Shown: positions 36,837-50,138 of the stretch, piece after piece | How the letters are laid out: the number at the start of each line of letters is the position of its first letter | Position numbering within the stretch: position 1 is the first letter of the stretch | Assembly: GCA_041750285.1 (NCBI GenBank) | Contig: JBGSZS010000004.1 | Location: 160,001 to 224,000 of the forward strand | From: Candidatus Fermentibacteraceae bacterium | GTDB taxonomy: Bacteria; Fermentibacterota; Fermentibacteria; Fermentibacterales; JCC-6 | DNA length: 64,000 bases | Direction: 5' to 3' | Position numbers and translations under genes: made by a program | The notes under the pieces: generated by a model | Seen by the model: only the letters and a program-made list of their open reading frames with translations | What the model was told of the DNA's origin: nothing | Databases searched by the model: none

Positions 36837-38183
36837 ATGAAGATACTTCACAGGTACGTGATCGCCGAGTTCATCGCCCCGTTTCTCATCTCCATCGGGG
36901 TGTTCACCTTTGTCATGCTTCTCGACAAGCTTCTGGACCTTCTGGACATGATAGTGAGCAAGGGCGTTCCCCTGGTCATTGTTGGCGAGATCTTCATCCT
37001 GCTGCTGCCTTCGATGGTTGCGGTGGTCGTCCCCATGGCGGTGCTCTCCGGGATCCTCATCGCCATTGGCAGGCTTTCCGGGGACATGGAGGTAACGGCA
37101 ATGAAGGCCTCCGGGATTGGCGTGTTGCGCCTTCTGCTTCCGCTTTCCGCAGTGGCCGTGCTTCTGGGGGGGGTCCTCGTCGTGTTCAACGACTCCATCC
37201 TCCCAAACGCCAACCACCACGCGAAAAACCTGCTTCTCGACGTCGGCACGATGCGGCCCACGGCCCGGATCGTCTCGGGAATGTTCGTGGAGGACCTCGA
37301 CAACTACAGGATCCTTGTCGAGAGCAAGGACGACCTGACGGGCCGGCTCAGGGGTGTGGTCATCCACCAGAGCATCCCGGGAAAACCCCTCCGGACGATC
37401 AGCGCCATGACCGGCACGATGAGACCCGTGGGGGCCAACCACCTGAGGATGACCCTCGAGAACGGCCAGATGCACGAGCTCGACCAGAACGGCAGGTACA
37501 GGTTCAGCGACTTCACGACGTACACACTCGACATGGCCAGGTCGGAGGACCTTGTGAGGCGGGACCGCGACAACAGGGGGGACAGGGAGATGTCGACCCT
37601 CCAGATGCAGTTCAGGATCGACAGCCTCAACGCCCTCGAGCAGGTACTGGTGGACAGCCTTGAGATCATCGCCGCCGGGCCTTTCCTGCGGGTGGTTCAG
37701 GGGGAGAGGCCGTACGGGACCGGGGAGGACACCGACTCCCTCTCCCTGCTCAGGGCCGCAAGGGAGTGGCTGATGAGGACCGGCACATCCGCCGCGCTCA
37801 CGGCTGACCGCATAGGCTACCTGAGGCTGGAGCAGAACAGGTTCGAGGTGGAGATACAGAAGAAGTACTCGATACCGTTCGCCTGCCTGGTCTTCGTGCT
37901 TCTGGGAGTGCCTCTGGGGCTGTCGTCCCGCAGGGCCAACACGGGGATATCACTCGCGGTGAGCCTTCTTTTCATCCTTGTCTACTACTTCTTCCTGATA
38001 ACGGGGGAGAACATGGCGGACAAGGGGCAGACCCCCGCATGGGTCGCCATGTGGGCCCCAAACATCGTAATGGGCGCCCTTGGCGTTCACCTGATCTTCC
38101 GAAGCCTGAGGGAGGGGCATCCCATTTCGTTGCCCGACCTCAGGGAACTCCGGGACAGGATGAGGGGAAAGGGGCCGAAGTGA
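36837..38183 (+). CDS. lptF: LPS export permease LptF
   Basis: ILHRYV, GRLSGDMEVTAMKASGI, KKYSIPFACLVFVLLGVPLG, WAPN. Confidence 0.9.
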   Translation: MKILHRYVIAEFIAPFLISIGVFTFVMLLDKLLDLLDMIVSKGVPLVIVGEIFILLLPSMVAVVVPMAVLSGILIAIGRLSGDMEVTAMKASGIGVLRLLLPLSAVAVLLGGVLVVFNDSILPNANHHAKNLLLDVGTMRPTARIVSGMFVEDLDNYRILVESKDDLTGRLRGVVIHQSIPGKPLRTISAMTGTMRPVGANHLRMTLENGQMHELDQNGRYRFSDFTTYTLDMARSEDLVRRDRDNRGDREMSTLQMQFRIDSLNALEQVLVDSLEIIAAGPFLRVVQGERPYGTGEDTDSLSLLRAAREWLMRTGTSAALTADRIGYLRLEQNRFEVEIQKKYSIPFACLVFVLLGVPLGLSSRRANTGISLAVSLLFILVYYFFLITGENMADKGQTPAWVAMWAPNIVMGALGVHLIFRSLREGHPISLPDLRELRDRMRGKGPK

Positions 38184-39271
38184 ACGCCGGCATACTCGAC
38201 AGGTACATAGCGGGCAGGTTCCTCAGGATGATTTTGATGGCGGTCGCGGCCTTCACGGTGCTGTTCGTGGTGGTCGACGCCTTCGACAACATCAACCGGT
38301 GGATGGAGAAGAGCCCCGGATGGGAGGCCTTCCTCAGGTATTACCTGTACGGGCTGCCCTACATCATCGTTCTCGTCATGCCGGTGGCAGTGCTTCTCTG
38401 CAGCCTCTTCCTGGTGACCTCACTGGCGCGGAACAACGAACTGACGGCCCTGAGGGCATCGGGGGTCAGCGTTCCGCGGGTCTTCGCACCACTTCTGGCA
38501 GTCGGCTTTCTGATCAGCGTGTTTGTGCTGATGGTGGGCGACTTCGTGGTGGCCGAGGCCAACTACAGGCAGACCCTCGTCAAAAGGGTCGAGATCGACA
38601 GAAAAGACCCCATTGACTACGGAATGCGGCACTCGTTCGCCCACCGCTCACTTTCCGGAGCCATCATGGAGATAGGCTTCTTCGACGGCCGGCAGGAAAC
38701 CATAACCGGGATCGTTCTCGAATGGTTCGACGACCAGTCACGGGTGGTCCGAAGGATAGACGCGGCAAGGATGGTGTGGGCGGACTCGCTGTGGACCGCC
38801 CATGAGGTCGAGGAGCGGGTCTTCGGCCCCGAAGGCGAGATGGGCTACACTTCGCAAGACACCCTGGCGGTCCCCGAGATAACCGACACCCCGGAAGATC
38901 TTGGAAGCAGGGCAAAGACCCCCCAGGAGATGAACCTGTTCGAACTGGGCCGCCAGATCGGGAGGATACGCATCGCAGGCGGAAACCCCAGGGAAAGCCT
39001 GGTGGAGTTCTACATGACCATCTTCTTCCCGTTCTCCAGCCTCATAATGGTCCTCGTGGGAGCACCCCTGGCCACCCGGAACCCCAGAAGCGGCCGATCC
39101 ACGAGCGTTGCCGCGGCGATCCTGCTGGCCTTCATCTTCTTCTCGCTGACCAGGTTCGGGCAGACCCTCGGCAACAAGGGAGCCCTCGAACCGGTCCTGA
39201 GCGCCGGGCTCGCGAACGCCATCTTCGTGATCATCGGGATCGTGATGTTCTCGAGAACCATCAAGTCCTGA
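38180..39271 (+). CDS. lptG: LPS export permease LptG
   Basis: GTGA overlap start; ILDRYI, LARNNELTALRASGVS, PQEMN. Confidence 0.9.
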   Translation: MNAGILDRYIAGRFLRMILMAVAAFTVLFVVVDAFDNINRWMEKSPGWEAFLRYYLYGLPYIIVLVMPVAVLLCSLFLVTSLARNNELTALRASGVSVPRVFAPLLAVGFLISVFVLMVGDFVVAEANYRQTLVKRVEIDRKDPIDYGMRHSFAHRSLSGAIMEIGFFDGRQETITGIVLEWFDDQSRVVRRIDAARMVWADSLWTAHEVEERVFGPEGEMGYTSQDTLAVPEITDTPEDLGSRAKTPQEMNLFELGRQIGRIRIAGGNPRESLVEFYMTIFFPFSSLIMVLVGAPLATRNPRSGRSTSVAAAILLAFIFFSLTRFGQTLGNKGALEPVLSAGLANAIFVIIGIVMFSRTIKS

Positions 39272-39309
39272 AACGGCTCAACCGAAGGCAGTCTCCCGCG
39301 GATCAGGCT

Positions 39310-39780
39310 TCACCTGAAAACCGATGCGATCCTCTCCACGGTGCGGTCGATCAGTTTTTCCCTGCATGTGCGGCCCCAGTTGACAACGGATGTCGCGGCC
39401 ACGGTTGCACCCAGGGCCGTGCAAAGCTTCGCCATCTGCCTGACTGACCTGGACCCTCCCATCCAGGGGAAGGGAAAGGCCTGGGTGACGAAACACGCCA
39501 CGGTCCTGCCCCTGAGCGACGGAATGGTCCTGATGAAGGCATCAATGTCCGGCGCAGGCGAGAAGCCGTGAACCGGTGAACCGAAGATGACCCCTTCGCA
39601 GCCGTTCAGGGCTTCCACACCATCCGCGGTTGTCACGCCGGGTTCCCCCCCTGCACCGCCGGCGGTCCCCACGTCGATGATGCGCGCGGTGTGCCCGGAG
39701 CTTTCAAGTGTCTGCCTTATCCTCACGGCTACAGACCGGGTGTTGCCGGTCCGGGAGTGAACGAAAATGGCCACGTTCAT
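39310..39780 (-). CDS. Flavodoxin-fold protein
   Basis: HSRTGNT FMN-binding loop, IFGSPV. Confidence 0.85.
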   Translation of the reverse strand: MNVAIFVHSRTGNTRSVAVRIRQTLESSGHTARIIDVGTAGGAGGEPGVTTADGVEALNGCEGVIFGSPVHGFSPAPDIDAFIRTIPSLRGRTVACFVTQAFPFPWMGGSRSVRQMAKLCTALGATVAATSVVNWGRTCREKLIDRTVERIASVFR

Positions 39781-39951
39781 GTTCTCTCCTGTCGTTGCGG
39801 AGCCCCGGGGCTCCCGATCCCCACGTTTCCTGACGCACTATTAGAAAGGAGGGGGAAAACACAGTCAAGGGTTGCACGGACCATCGATCTTTGGATATGC
39901 TTGTACCGTGCATTTCACCGTGTCTCATCAAACGAAGCTGGAGGCTTTTCT

Positions 39952-41040
39952 ATGTCAAAGCGCGTACACAACTTCTACGCAGGGCCGGCGACCCTTCCAC
40001 TGGAAGTGGTGCAGAAAGCGCAGAAGGGTCTTGATGACTTTGCCGGGCAGGGCATGTCCATCATGGAGATTTCGCACAGGTCCAAACCTTTCGAGGCGAT
40101 GTTCAAGAACGCCCAGTCCAAGATGCTCTCCATCATGGGCCTCTCGCCCGACGACTACTACGTGCTCTTCCTCGGCGGCGGCGCCAGCATGCAGTTCTGC
40201 ATGGTTCCCTTCAATTTCCTTCGCAGCAACGAGACCGCTGACTACATAAACACCGGCGGATGGTCGACCGGCGCCATCAAGGAGGCCAAGCTCTTCGGAA
40301 CGGTGAATACGGCCGCCACAAGTGAAGACACCAAATTCGACAGGATCCCCACCGACATAAAACTGACTCCCGGCGCCGCCTACGTCCACACCACCAGCAA
40401 CAACACCCTCTACGGCACCCAGATCTGGAACTTCCCCGAGACCGGCGCGGTGCCGATGGTATGCGACATGTCAAGCGATTTTCTGAGCAGGGAACTCGAC
40501 TACAGCCGCTTCAGCCTGATATATGCCGGCGCCCAGAAGAACATCGGCCCCTCGGGCGTCACGGCGGTGGTCATCAGAAAGAGCTGGCTCGAGATCGCAA
40601 AGACCGACATCCCAACCATGATGAAGTACAAGGTCCATGTGGAGAAGGAAAGCCTCTACAACACTCCTCCGTGCTTCCCCGTCTTCGTTGTCGACCTCGT
40701 GATGGACTGGATCATGGAGAACGGCGGACTGTCGGGGATCGAGAAGCGCAACAGGCGCAAGGCGGCGTTCATCTACGACGCGATCGACAAGAGCGGCGGC
40801 TTCTACAAGCCCCATGTCAAGAACCCCAAAGACCGCAGCCTGATGAACATCACGTTCACCCTTCCCTCCGAGGAACTCGAGAACAGGTTCGTGGACGAGG
40901 CGAAGAAGCTGGACATGGTGGGTCTGAAGGGTCACAGGAGCGTGGGCGGATGCCGCGCTTCCACCTACAACGCCATGACCATCGAAGGCGCCGAGACGCT
41001 TGCAGGGTTCATGGCCGCCTTCATGAGCCGGAACGGCTGA
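39952..41040 (+). CDS. serC: Phosphoserine aminotransferase
   Basis: NFYAGPA, EISHRS, DMSS, GAQKNIGP, YNTPP, GHRSVGG; GGAGG RBS. Confidence 0.97.
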   Translation: MSKRVHNFYAGPATLPLEVVQKAQKGLDDFAGQGMSIMEISHRSKPFEAMFKNAQSKMLSIMGLSPDDYYVLFLGGGASMQFCMVPFNFLRSNETADYINTGGWSTGAIKEAKLFGTVNTAATSEDTKFDRIPTDIKLTPGAAYVHTTSNNTLYGTQIWNFPETGAVPMVCDMSSDFLSRELDYSRFSLIYAGAQKNIGPSGVTAVVIRKSWLEIAKTDIPTMMKYKVHVEKESLYNTPPCFPVFVVDLVMDWIMENGGLSGIEKRNRRKAAFIYDAIDKSGGFYKPHVKNPKDRSLMNITFTLPSEELENRFVDEAKKLDMVGLKGHRSVGGCRASTYNAMTIEGAETLAGFMAAFMSRNG

Positions 41041-41057
41041 CACCGGCAGGATGCAGT

Positions 41058-41087
41058 GGGCGCCGTGGTCTCACGGCGCCCTTTTTT
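41058..41087 (+). terminator. Intrinsic terminator after serC
   Basis: GGGCGCCGTG-gtct-CACGGCGCCC-TTTTTT. Confidence 0.88.
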
Positions 41088-45055
<3,968 letters not shown>

Positions 45056-45145
45056 AGTGTATCACCAAAGCACTTTGTCCGCAAGTCTGGACAGGGAGGC
45101 CATTCTTTTCGTAGGTTTACCTTCCAAACGATCCCGGAGGTTCCC

Positions 45146-45856
45146 ATGCTTCATACCCTGCTTGTTCTGGCTACCACTGCGGCAGAGAAGACCAGTTCCC
45201 TGACGGCGCTTTTCTGGTCGGGCGCCGCTGCGGCCAGTTTTCTTGTCATCCAGTTCGCCGGAGCCCGGTACTACTCGTTCAGCCAGTCCCGCAATCCCCG
45301 CACGCCGATAACCTTCCTTGTTATCCTGGGTGCCCTTGGCGTGGCGGGTACGGTCGTATTCAGCTTCATGCCCGACAACGATCTGCAGCTCTTTCTGGGC
45401 ATGACGTGCGGAGCCCTCCTGTGGACGGCCCTTGGCGAGATACCAGAACAGGCCGGCTGGTACTCCCATTCCAGCAGAAGGGCCCTTCAGGTGTTCATGT
45501 GCTTCTTTGCCGCATGGCTGCTGATCGCATTCATCATTCCCGGCGTGCCCATGGCCGTAACCGGTTGTGTTGCGTACATCGCCTGGGTATGGGGGCTCCA
45601 CCAGGCACGGACGCGGGTGATCTGCCGCTGGGGAGCGGTATCGCTTGCCACCACGCTGCTCATCATCGTGCTTGGAATGCTCGCGGGTGGCGCCGTGGTG
45701 CTGGGGGCCGTGTACGGAACCCCCTTCAGCGGCACGAGCGCGGGCCTTGCATTCGCCGTGACTGTCTGGTCACTGCTGGAGGTCATCTGGGAACAGGAAA
45801 TGGCCCAGGGACCCTGGAAACAGAAGAGCCAGGGCAGGAACCGGGAAAAATGCTGA
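45146..45856 (+). CDS. Hypothetical polytopic membrane protein
   Basis: GGAGG then ATG at 45146; about seven hydrophobic segments. Confidence 0.7.
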   Translation: MLHTLLVLATTAAEKTSSLTALFWSGAAAASFLVIQFAGARYYSFSQSRNPRTPITFLVILGALGVAGTVVFSFMPDNDLQLFLGMTCGALLWTALGEIPEQAGWYSHSSRRALQVFMCFFAAWLLIAFIIPGVPMAVTGCVAYIAWVWGLHQARTRVICRWGAVSLATTLLIIVLGMLAGGAVVLGAVYGTPFSGTSAGLAFAVTVWSLLEVIWEQEMAQGPWKQKSQGRNREKC

Positions 45857-45866
45857 CGGACCTTCT

Positions 45867-47162
45867 TCAGAAGATCATATAGAACAGACCCAGCCTGCCG
45901 TTCACCACTCCGGGATTGACCTCGGTGTAGTACAACTCACCGGGAAGGGCGTCGCGGTTGTAGCCGCGCCAGTCCTGCACCGACCAGCTGTCGGCACCAG
46001 GGGAGTAACACGCGGCAACCGCGCCCTGAACACCCACATGATGGCTGAACAGCCATTCCAGGCCGGCTGCGACACCGGCCGAGAAGATGACCGTGTTCGC
46101 CGAAGCCGAGACTGTGTCGGCCCTTGTGTCCTGGATCAGGAAATCGGTTTCGAGGCCGGTCTCCAGACGGAGGGCAAGCGCAGGAGATGAGAGTGGGATC
46201 TTCACGCCGACACTGCCCCTGACGCCGATGGTGCTCATTCTGGGAAGCACCCCGCTCACCAGGCTGCCGCCGAAGGCAAACCCCCAGCGGGAGGTCCAGC
46301 CACCGAGCTCGACCTGATTCATGAGCCTTCCATCCCTGGCTTCATCGCCCGTGAGACCCTCTCCCGGAACTATGTCGACCGGTATGGCGTTGAACTGCAG
46401 GAAGACGTTGGCCGGCGAGGAACTCTCTATGGCGGTCACCATAGAGCCGTCAACGAGCGAACCGGTCAGCAGCCGACCCGCGCTGGAGGAGGGGGTGGCC
46501 TGTGATATCTGCAGGATGCCCCGGCTGTGAAGGCCTTCGTACTCGGCTCTGGACTGGGGGATGCCATCGGATCTCGCTACCAGTGAGAAGACCATTCCCC
46601 TTCGGATCCCGGAGTCGGTTCCCGCAGGCAGTGTGTAGATTGGACCGCCCTCAACGGTGAACGTGAGTTCGAGCGCAAACATCTCGAGAAGGCTTCTTGC
46701 GACTATCGTCTCAAGCCCGCGAAGGGCCAGGAGCTGCTGGGACGGGGCGTAACCCTCACCCCTTACCACTTCCCTCATCGTGCCCATCAGTGCGGCGTCG
46801 GACGTGTAGAACCGCGCCGAGACCTCGACCGAAGTGGTTCGTGTGGTGACGATCGAGTCGGCATCGGGCAAAAAACCCGTATCGTAGCCCGGAGCGCCGA
46901 CATCGAGCACCATGAAGGCGTCGACGCCTGAGGCTGCCGCCATCTCCCTGAGCCTGTAGGCAAGTGTCTCGGGGTCTCCCGTGAAACCTTCCTGCCCTGA
47001 AAGGTCGATGATCCGGAACCTTCCGGCCGCTTCGTAAAGCTCTCCGGCCCTGGCAACGATCGCATCGGCATCGTACTGCCCGGGTGCGAAAAGGGGAATC
47101 ACGCCCATCGACGGCAGGTTCTCTGCCGGCATGGCGGAAAGCATGATGAGGCAGAATATCAT
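45867..47162 (-). CDS. Putative outer-membrane protein with FlgT/CsgG-like N-region and C-terminal beta-barrel
   Basis: Hydrophobic N-terminus; LPAGTDSGIRRGMVFSL resembles FlgT C-domain; alternating strands ending GLFYMIF. Confidence 0.5.
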   Translation of the reverse strand: MIFCLIMLSAMPAENLPSMGVIPLFAPGQYDADAIVARAGELYEAAGRFRIIDLSGQEGFTGDPETLAYRLREMAAASGVDAFMVLDVGAPGYDTGFLPDADSIVTTRTTSVEVSARFYTSDAALMGTMREVVRGEGYAPSQQLLALRGLETIVARSLLEMFALELTFTVEGGPIYTLPAGTDSGIRRGMVFSLVARSDGIPQSRAEYEGLHSRGILQISQATPSSSAGRLLTGSLVDGSMVTAIESSSPANVFLQFNAIPVDIVPGEGLTGDEARDGRLMNQVELGGWTSRWGFAFGGSLVSGVLPRMSTIGVRGSVGVKIPLSSPALALRLETGLETDFLIQDTRADTVSASANTVIFSAGVAAGLEWLFSHHVGVQGAVAACYSPGADSWSVQDWRGYNRDALPGELYYTEVNPGVVNGRLGLFYMIF

Positions 47163-47257
47163 GAGCCGTCCTTCCTTGTTTCATCCCCCCACTCAGCGGA
47201 ATGTAACAGGAACACGGAATCGGGGCAATGGAAAAGGGCATGAACGCGGTGGGGTGG

Positions 47258-48331
47258 TCAGCGCAGCATCACTCTCACCGTCATTGGAACGACGGCGGAA
47301 TCCACGACCCCGAGATGAACCCTGGGTATCCCGTCCTGTTCGACGGTGTATCCCAGAGGATCGATGTGGAACACGTCGGGAAGGTCCGTCCCGCTCTGGA
47401 ACAGACTGTCCACGAAGGCGAGCAGTTCCTTCCAGGGTGAAACGGCGGAGCCGTCGGGTCTTTCGCATACGAGTATCGCGATGTCCGAAACATGACCCGC
47501 GGGCTGGTCGCAGCTGATCTCGCTCGCCGCCCTTCCGCTGCAGCCCAGTGCCGACGTGGAGCTGGTTGCGGCAACCTCCGATGCGTCGGACTCCTCCTCC
47601 ATCGGGGCGTATCCGCCCCCTCCCGCCGACTGCACACTGAACGCTCCGGTGACCAGTCCCTCCTGAGTCTGGTACGAGTCGTCCGTGCTCTCTGCAAACG
47701 CCACGCCCTCGAGATCCCGCGTGATCTCATCGTACTGCAGGGTCTGCTGCAGGGCATCCTCCCCCGTGGCAAGGGTCACCTCCCCGGGCACGGTTCCACC
47801 GATCCCCCCGGTTCCGCCCAGGGTATCCCCATCCTGAGCAATGGTCGGCACCGCCGCGACCTCTTCGGTCTGTTCCTCGGCCTCGGTCTCCGGGACCTCA
47901 CCTGAGAGCGTGACGACAGAGTCGATTAGCGCCTGTGAATCGGGTGCGACAGGACCTGACGGAATCTCCTGGGCGCCGGCTTCCAGGCGCATCCTGTTTT
48001 CAAGCTCCGACCGGTCCGCGGGCTGAAAGACCCTGATGCCCAGGAAAACCGCTGCCGCTCCTGCGGCGATGCCCACGGCCCAACCGGGCAGGCCATGGCG
48101 TGCGCGGCGGGGAACCAGCTTCTTCCGCATGGCGTTGAAACGGAAGTCGGGCGGGTCCTGCCAGGATTCCCGCCAGCTGGTCTCGAGAGTGCCCTGGGTT
48201 TCGAGGAACGATTTGCATTCGGGGCAGATGGAAAGGTGCGACTCGATCGGAGCCCTCTCTTCGGGGCTGAGTTCGCCGTCCATGTAGGCCATGAGTAAAA
48301 GCGCGTCGGGACAGTCCGGTCTCATGATCAC
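47258..48331 (-). CDS. Zinc-binding (ZAS) anti-sigma factor
   Basis: AYMDGELS..HLSICPEC (HxxxCxxC), one TM helix, acidic extracytoplasmic tail; overlaps the sigma gene. Confidence 0.88.
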   Translation of the reverse strand: MIMRPDCPDALLLMAYMDGELSPEERAPIESHLSICPECKSFLETQGTLETSWRESWQDPPDFRFNAMRKKLVPRRARHGLPGWAVGIAAGAAAVFLGIRVFQPADRSELENRMRLEAGAQEIPSGPVAPDSQALIDSVVTLSGEVPETEAEEQTEEVAAVPTIAQDGDTLGGTGGIGGTVPGEVTLATGEDALQQTLQYDEITRDLEGVAFAESTDDSYQTQEGLVTGAFSVQSAGGGGYAPMEEESDASEVAATSSTSALGCSGRAASEISCDQPAGHVSDIAILVCERPDGSAVSPWKELLAFVDSLFQSGTDLPDVFHIDPLGYTVEQDGIPRVHLGVVDSAVVPMTVRVMLR

Positions 48332-48924
48332 GCGCCCTCCAGTTCACGGCTTACCATGGCCCTGACCTGATTGCGGGCCCTGTTCAGCCGCGACATCACG
48401 GTGCCCACGGCTATGCCGAGGGTCTGGGCTATCTCGATGTAACTGAGCTCCTGGTCGACCCTGAGAACGAAAACCGTTCTGAGGGGGTCGGAAAGGGTTT
48501 CGACGGCCCTGCCCACGAGCAGCGCAAGCTCATCCGCCGCTGCGTTGAGGGGCGCCCTGTCGAGCGTGACGGTCTGGCCCTGATAGCCGTGCTCGTCCTG
48601 GTACTCCACTTCAGCCCTGCGGCCGGTCTTACGGTGGGAGTTTATGGCGACGTTGGTGACTATCCTGTAGATCCATGTGAAGAAACGGAAACCGGGATCG
48701 AAGCTTCCCATGGCGTTCATGGCCCTGATGAAGGATTCCTGGGTGATGTCCCAGGCGTCGTCATCGGATCCGCACAGTCTTCTTGCCACTCTGAACACCC
48801 TTTTCTGGTACTTCGAAACCAGCAGTCCGTAAGCTTCCCGGTCACCCTCGATGGCCCTGCGGAGTATCAGGGCCTCTTCCTCGTCATCGAACACGGCTGC
48901 AAGTAGTACAAGAAAAAGAATCAT
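48328..48924 (-). CDS. ECF RNA polymerase sigma factor
   Basis: DAWDITQESF, FFTWIYRIVTN, LSYIEIAQTLGIAVGTVMSRLNRAR. Confidence 0.94.
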   Translation of the reverse strand: MILFLVLLAAVFDDEEEALILRRAIEGDREAYGLLVSKYQKRVFRVARRLCGSDDDAWDITQESFIRAMNAMGSFDPGFRFFTWIYRIVTNVAINSHRKTGRRAEVEYQDEHGYQGQTVTLDRAPLNAAADELALLVGRAVETLSDPLRTVFVLRVDQELSYIEIAQTLGIAVGTVMSRLNRARNQVRAMVSRELEGA

Positions 48925-48933
48925 TGCATTCCC

Positions 48934-49380
48934 TCAGAAACCCGTCCCGACCATGAGTGCAAGACCGGCGTCCCTGTCGAAGGCGCTGTTCTCGGCATCG
49001 AACCCGAAGAGCCAGGCGTCGACGTAGGCATCAAGCATGCTGACAACCCAGGCGCCCGCCGTGTACCAGATCAGGCTTCGGCACCTGTCGCGGTGATCGT
49101 CTCCCGATTCGTCCCATGCCGGGTCTCCCGTGAGTTCGAACATCTCCCGGGAATGGATTGCCTGGTGGTTCTCGTAGAGGGTCCAGCCAAGCAGCCCGGC
49201 CTGCAGTGTCCCGTAGGCCACCCCCTTCAGAGGCTCGTCGTTGTAGAACTGCCCCCAACCGGGAACCACTGCGCTTCTGAGGAGTGCCCCGGTGGGATTC
49301 CTGTGCGGTATCGCGGTCACCGCAGTGCTGTCGGCCAGCAGAAGGGCTGCGGTGGTCACCGGAAGCAGGGCCCACCTCAG
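48934..49380 (-). CDS. DUF5683-like membrane protein (start uncertain, CTG at 49380 proposed)
   Basis: NPTGALLRSAVVPGWGQFYN and SMLDAYVDA; ORF-track extension overlaps lpxA. Confidence 0.7.
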   Translation of the reverse strand: MRWALLPVTTAALLLADSTAVTAIPHRNPTGALLRSAVVPGWGQFYNDEPLKGVAYGTLQAGLLGWTLYENHQAIHSREMFELTGDPAWDESGDDHRDRCRSLIWYTAGAWVVSMLDAYVDAWLFGFDAENSAFDRDAGLALMVGTGF

Positions 49381-50138
49381 ATGATCACCCCCCGCTCGGA
49401 GGCTGCGATGAAAGAAGCCATCCGGTGGCCGGGAGAGCCTTCGGGGTTCCCGGCAAGGGCTTTTTCCACCTTGTCCCTCATCGAGCCAGGGGAACGGAAG
49501 AGGAACCTGAATGCTTCCAGCGCCTGGTCGATCTGCTGGGCTGACCACCCCCGGCGCTTCAATCCCAGAACGTTGATGCCCACTGCCCGTAGAGGTTCGC
49601 CACCGGCAAGCACGAATGGCGGCACATCCTTGGGAACCCTGTAACCGCCGCCCACCATGGCGTGGTCACCGATGCGGGTGAACTGGTGAACCGGCACAAC
49701 TCCCCCTACAACGGCATTCCGGCCGACGCTGACATGACCGGCAAGGTTCACGGCGTTGGCCAGTATCACGCCGTCTGAAACACGGCAGTCGTGGGCGATG
49801 TGAACGTAGGCCATTATGAAGCAGTCCGCCCCCACTATCGTGCTGCCGGAAGCGCTGGTGCCGACGTTGATGTTGGCCATCTCCCTTATCACGGTGCGCG
49901 GGCCGATGAAGAGGGTGGTGTCTTCGCCGCTGAATTTAAGGTCCTGGGGCACGGTGCCCAGAACCGCGCAGGGGCCGACCTTCACGCCGTCCGAAAGCGT
50001 AGTGGAACCATCAATTACGGCGTTCGCGCCGATGACGACATTCTCGCCCACCACGACACGGGGTCCGAGAACGGCTCCCGCGGCCACCCGGGAAGATTCG
50101 GGTACAGTGCAGGATACAACGGCTGATGGGTGTATCAT
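49377..50138 (-). CDS. lpxA: UDP-N-acetylglucosamine O-acyltransferase
   Basis: Hexapeptide repeats, PQDLKF, HIAHDC, LAGHV, VHQF. Confidence 0.96.
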   Translation of the reverse strand: MIHPSAVVSCTVPESSRVAAGAVLGPRVVVGENVVIGANAVIDGSTTLSDGVKVGPCAVLGTVPQDLKFSGEDTTLFIGPRTVIREMANINVGTSASGSTIVGADCFIMAYVHIAHDCRVSDGVILANAVNLAGHVSVGRNAVVGGVVPVHQFTRIGDHAMVGGGYRVPKDVPPFVLAGGEPLRAVGINVLGLKRRGWSAQQIDQALEAFRFLFRSPGSMRDKVEKALAGNPEGSPGHRMASFIAASERGVII

